NCBI GenBank assembly: GCA_043750125.1
Contig: JAYVCD010000040.1
Coordinates: 1-18,753, forward strand
Length of the DNA stretch: 18,753 bases
From: Archangiaceae bacterium
GTDB taxonomy: Bacteria > Myxococcota > Myxococcia > Myxococcales > Myxococcaceae
Direction: 5' to 3'
Each line of letters begins with the position of its first letter. The stretch's first letter is position 1. Both the position numbers and the translations under genes were made by a program. A model generated the notes under the pieces. That model was not told the origin of the DNA and made no database searches. It saw nothing but the letters and a program-made list of their open reading frames with translations. Below, piece after piece: positions 17,633 through 18,753 of the stretch.

Positions 17633-18481
17633 CTACGGAACCGACCTGAAGATGCCCTTCAGGTCTTCCGGAACTTCTCCTTCGAGCGCCAGGGTGTAGC
17701 CGCCCTTGCCCCCCTTCTTGTTCTCGTCGCGGCTGTACTTGAGCGAAACCTTTCCCTTCGTCCCCGTGATTTCGAGCGTCAGGCGGGTGGGCGAGGCTTC
17801 GTACGTCCCCTCGATCACCTTTTCCTTCGCGCGGGTCGTGTCGTACGGCTCGTAGCTGTAGCGAAACGTGCCATCGAAATTGAAGGCGAGGAACCGGTCG
17901 GGAGTGCCCTCGAAGCCTGCGAACCAGCTGCCGAGCAGAGGCGCGTGGTTCTTGTCGTACTTCAGCTTGGTCGTGAGCCAGCTGCCGTTTAGCGGCTTGC
18001 CTTCGCTGACGAAGACCACGTCGGTGATGCAGACGGGCTGGTCGAGATCGTCAGCCGAGTAGTGATCGAGCACCTCGATGGTGAAGCGGGTGCCTTCGAG
18101 CGGAGGGTTGAAGGTGATGGTCTGCGGGCCCCGCTGATCGCCGATGGTGAAGACCTGAACTCCTTTTGAGCCCTTGATCGACAGCTTCTTCGCCCGGGAA
18201 AACGCCTGGTAGGTGCTCTCGTCGAAGTTGTTTCCGGTGGTGACCTTGAGCTCGTCGATGCGGGTCGGGCCTTTGAAGCCGAAGCTGAGCAGCTCGCCGA
18301 GCGGATCACTGGTCGGGCTGCACCAGGCGGTGGCGTCGCGGCCGTCGAGCAGGTTCAACGGTTGGTACAGAGTCGGCCGAGAATCCTTTTTGTAATAGCC
18401 AGTGGCCTGCGCGTAGCCGATTGGGCCTGCGGCGGCGGGCAGCGCCACCAGCAAGGCCAGTGCCCCAGGAACGAGTTTCAT
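17633..18481 (-). CDS. Secreted protein with a discoidin / NADase-type glycan-binding-like domain and a C-terminal beta-rich domain
   Basis: Start reassigned to ATG 18481, giving signal peptide MKLVPGALALLVALPAAA/G. Motifs NLLDGRDATAWC, GELLSFGF, RFTIEVLDHY and VCITDVVF. Confidence 0.7.
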   Translation of the reverse strand: MKLVPGALALLVALPAAAGPIGYAQATGYYKKDSRPTLYQPLNLLDGRDATAWCSPTSDPLGELLSFGFKGPTRIDELKVTTGNNFDESTYQAFSRAKKLSIKGSKGVQVFTIGDQRGPQTITFNPPLEGTRFTIEVLDHYSADDLDQPVCITDVVFVSEGKPLNGSWLTTKLKYDKNHAPLLGSWFAGFEGTPDRFLAFNFDGTFRYSYEPYDTTRAKEKVIEGTYEASPTRLTLEITGTKGKVSLKYSRDENKKGGKGGYTLALEGEVPEDLKGIFRSVP

Positions 18482-18563
18482 CAACCGATGATGCCCCCAT
18501 GCGCCGCGGCAAGGAAGATTTCCCTCCTTGCCAGGTTCAACGATCGTGGCATGTACGCCGGTC

Positions 18564-18753
18564 ATGAGAAGCCTGACCGCTGCAGGGTTGCTCGCTTTCG
18601 TCGTCGCTGGCTGCACCTGCGACAAAGCGAATTCCGGGGATGCTGGCCCAATCGACGCGGGCCCGTTGCAGCTGATCGAGAAGGAGCCCAACGATCGGCC
18701 GGACAATGCGCTCGAGCTGTCGGCCAGCAGCGTGGTCGAGGCCAACCTGGGTT
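18564..18753 (+). CDS. Lipoprotein with an ExEPND (PPC-like) motif; 5' fragment running off the window
   Basis: Manual translation: MRSLTAAGLLAFVVAG/CTCDKANSGDAGPIDAGPLQLIEKEPNDRPDNALELSASSVVEANLG. Lipobox VVAGC. Not in the ORF track. Confidence 0.75.
   Translation, partial: MRSLTAAGLLAFVVAGCTCDKANSGDAGPIDAGPLQLIEKEPNDRPDNALELSASSVVEANLG

Noticed and set aside
18482-18745. N-terminal extension of the 370-aa minus-strand ORF
   Set aside because: It overlaps the plus-strand lipoprotein start, and a clean signal peptide begins at ATG 18481.
1-18753. CRISPR arrays, IS elements/integrases, DGR or defence genes
   Set aside because: I saw no regular repeat-spacer pattern and no transposase, recombinase, reverse transcriptase or nuclease motifs.

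Overview
GC-rich chromosomal window, most likely from a myxobacterium (Myxococcota; inferred from protein families and lipoprotein style). The left half is a minus-strand cell-surface locus. It has two tandem paralogous ~1,100-aa lipoproteins (six Ig-like ASH/choice-of-anchor-D repeats plus a C-terminal MIDAS vWA domain), followed by a secreted NIDO-like + CARDB-repeat protein that runs off the left edge and is missing from the ORF track. The right half is mostly housekeeping: a membrane MutS-like ATPase, a CNNM/TlyC protein, a TPR protein, a CapA-family metallophosphoesterase, prfA-prmC-murA, a double zinc-ribbon protein, a secreted discoidin-like protein and the start of a lipoprotein. An unannotated 39-aa, Lys/Arg-rich ORF with a good RBS sits head-to-head with prfA and is a candidate small ribosome-associated protein. 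I found no mobile element, CRISPR array, tRNA or rRNA. Domain calls come from motif recognition by eye, not from searches.
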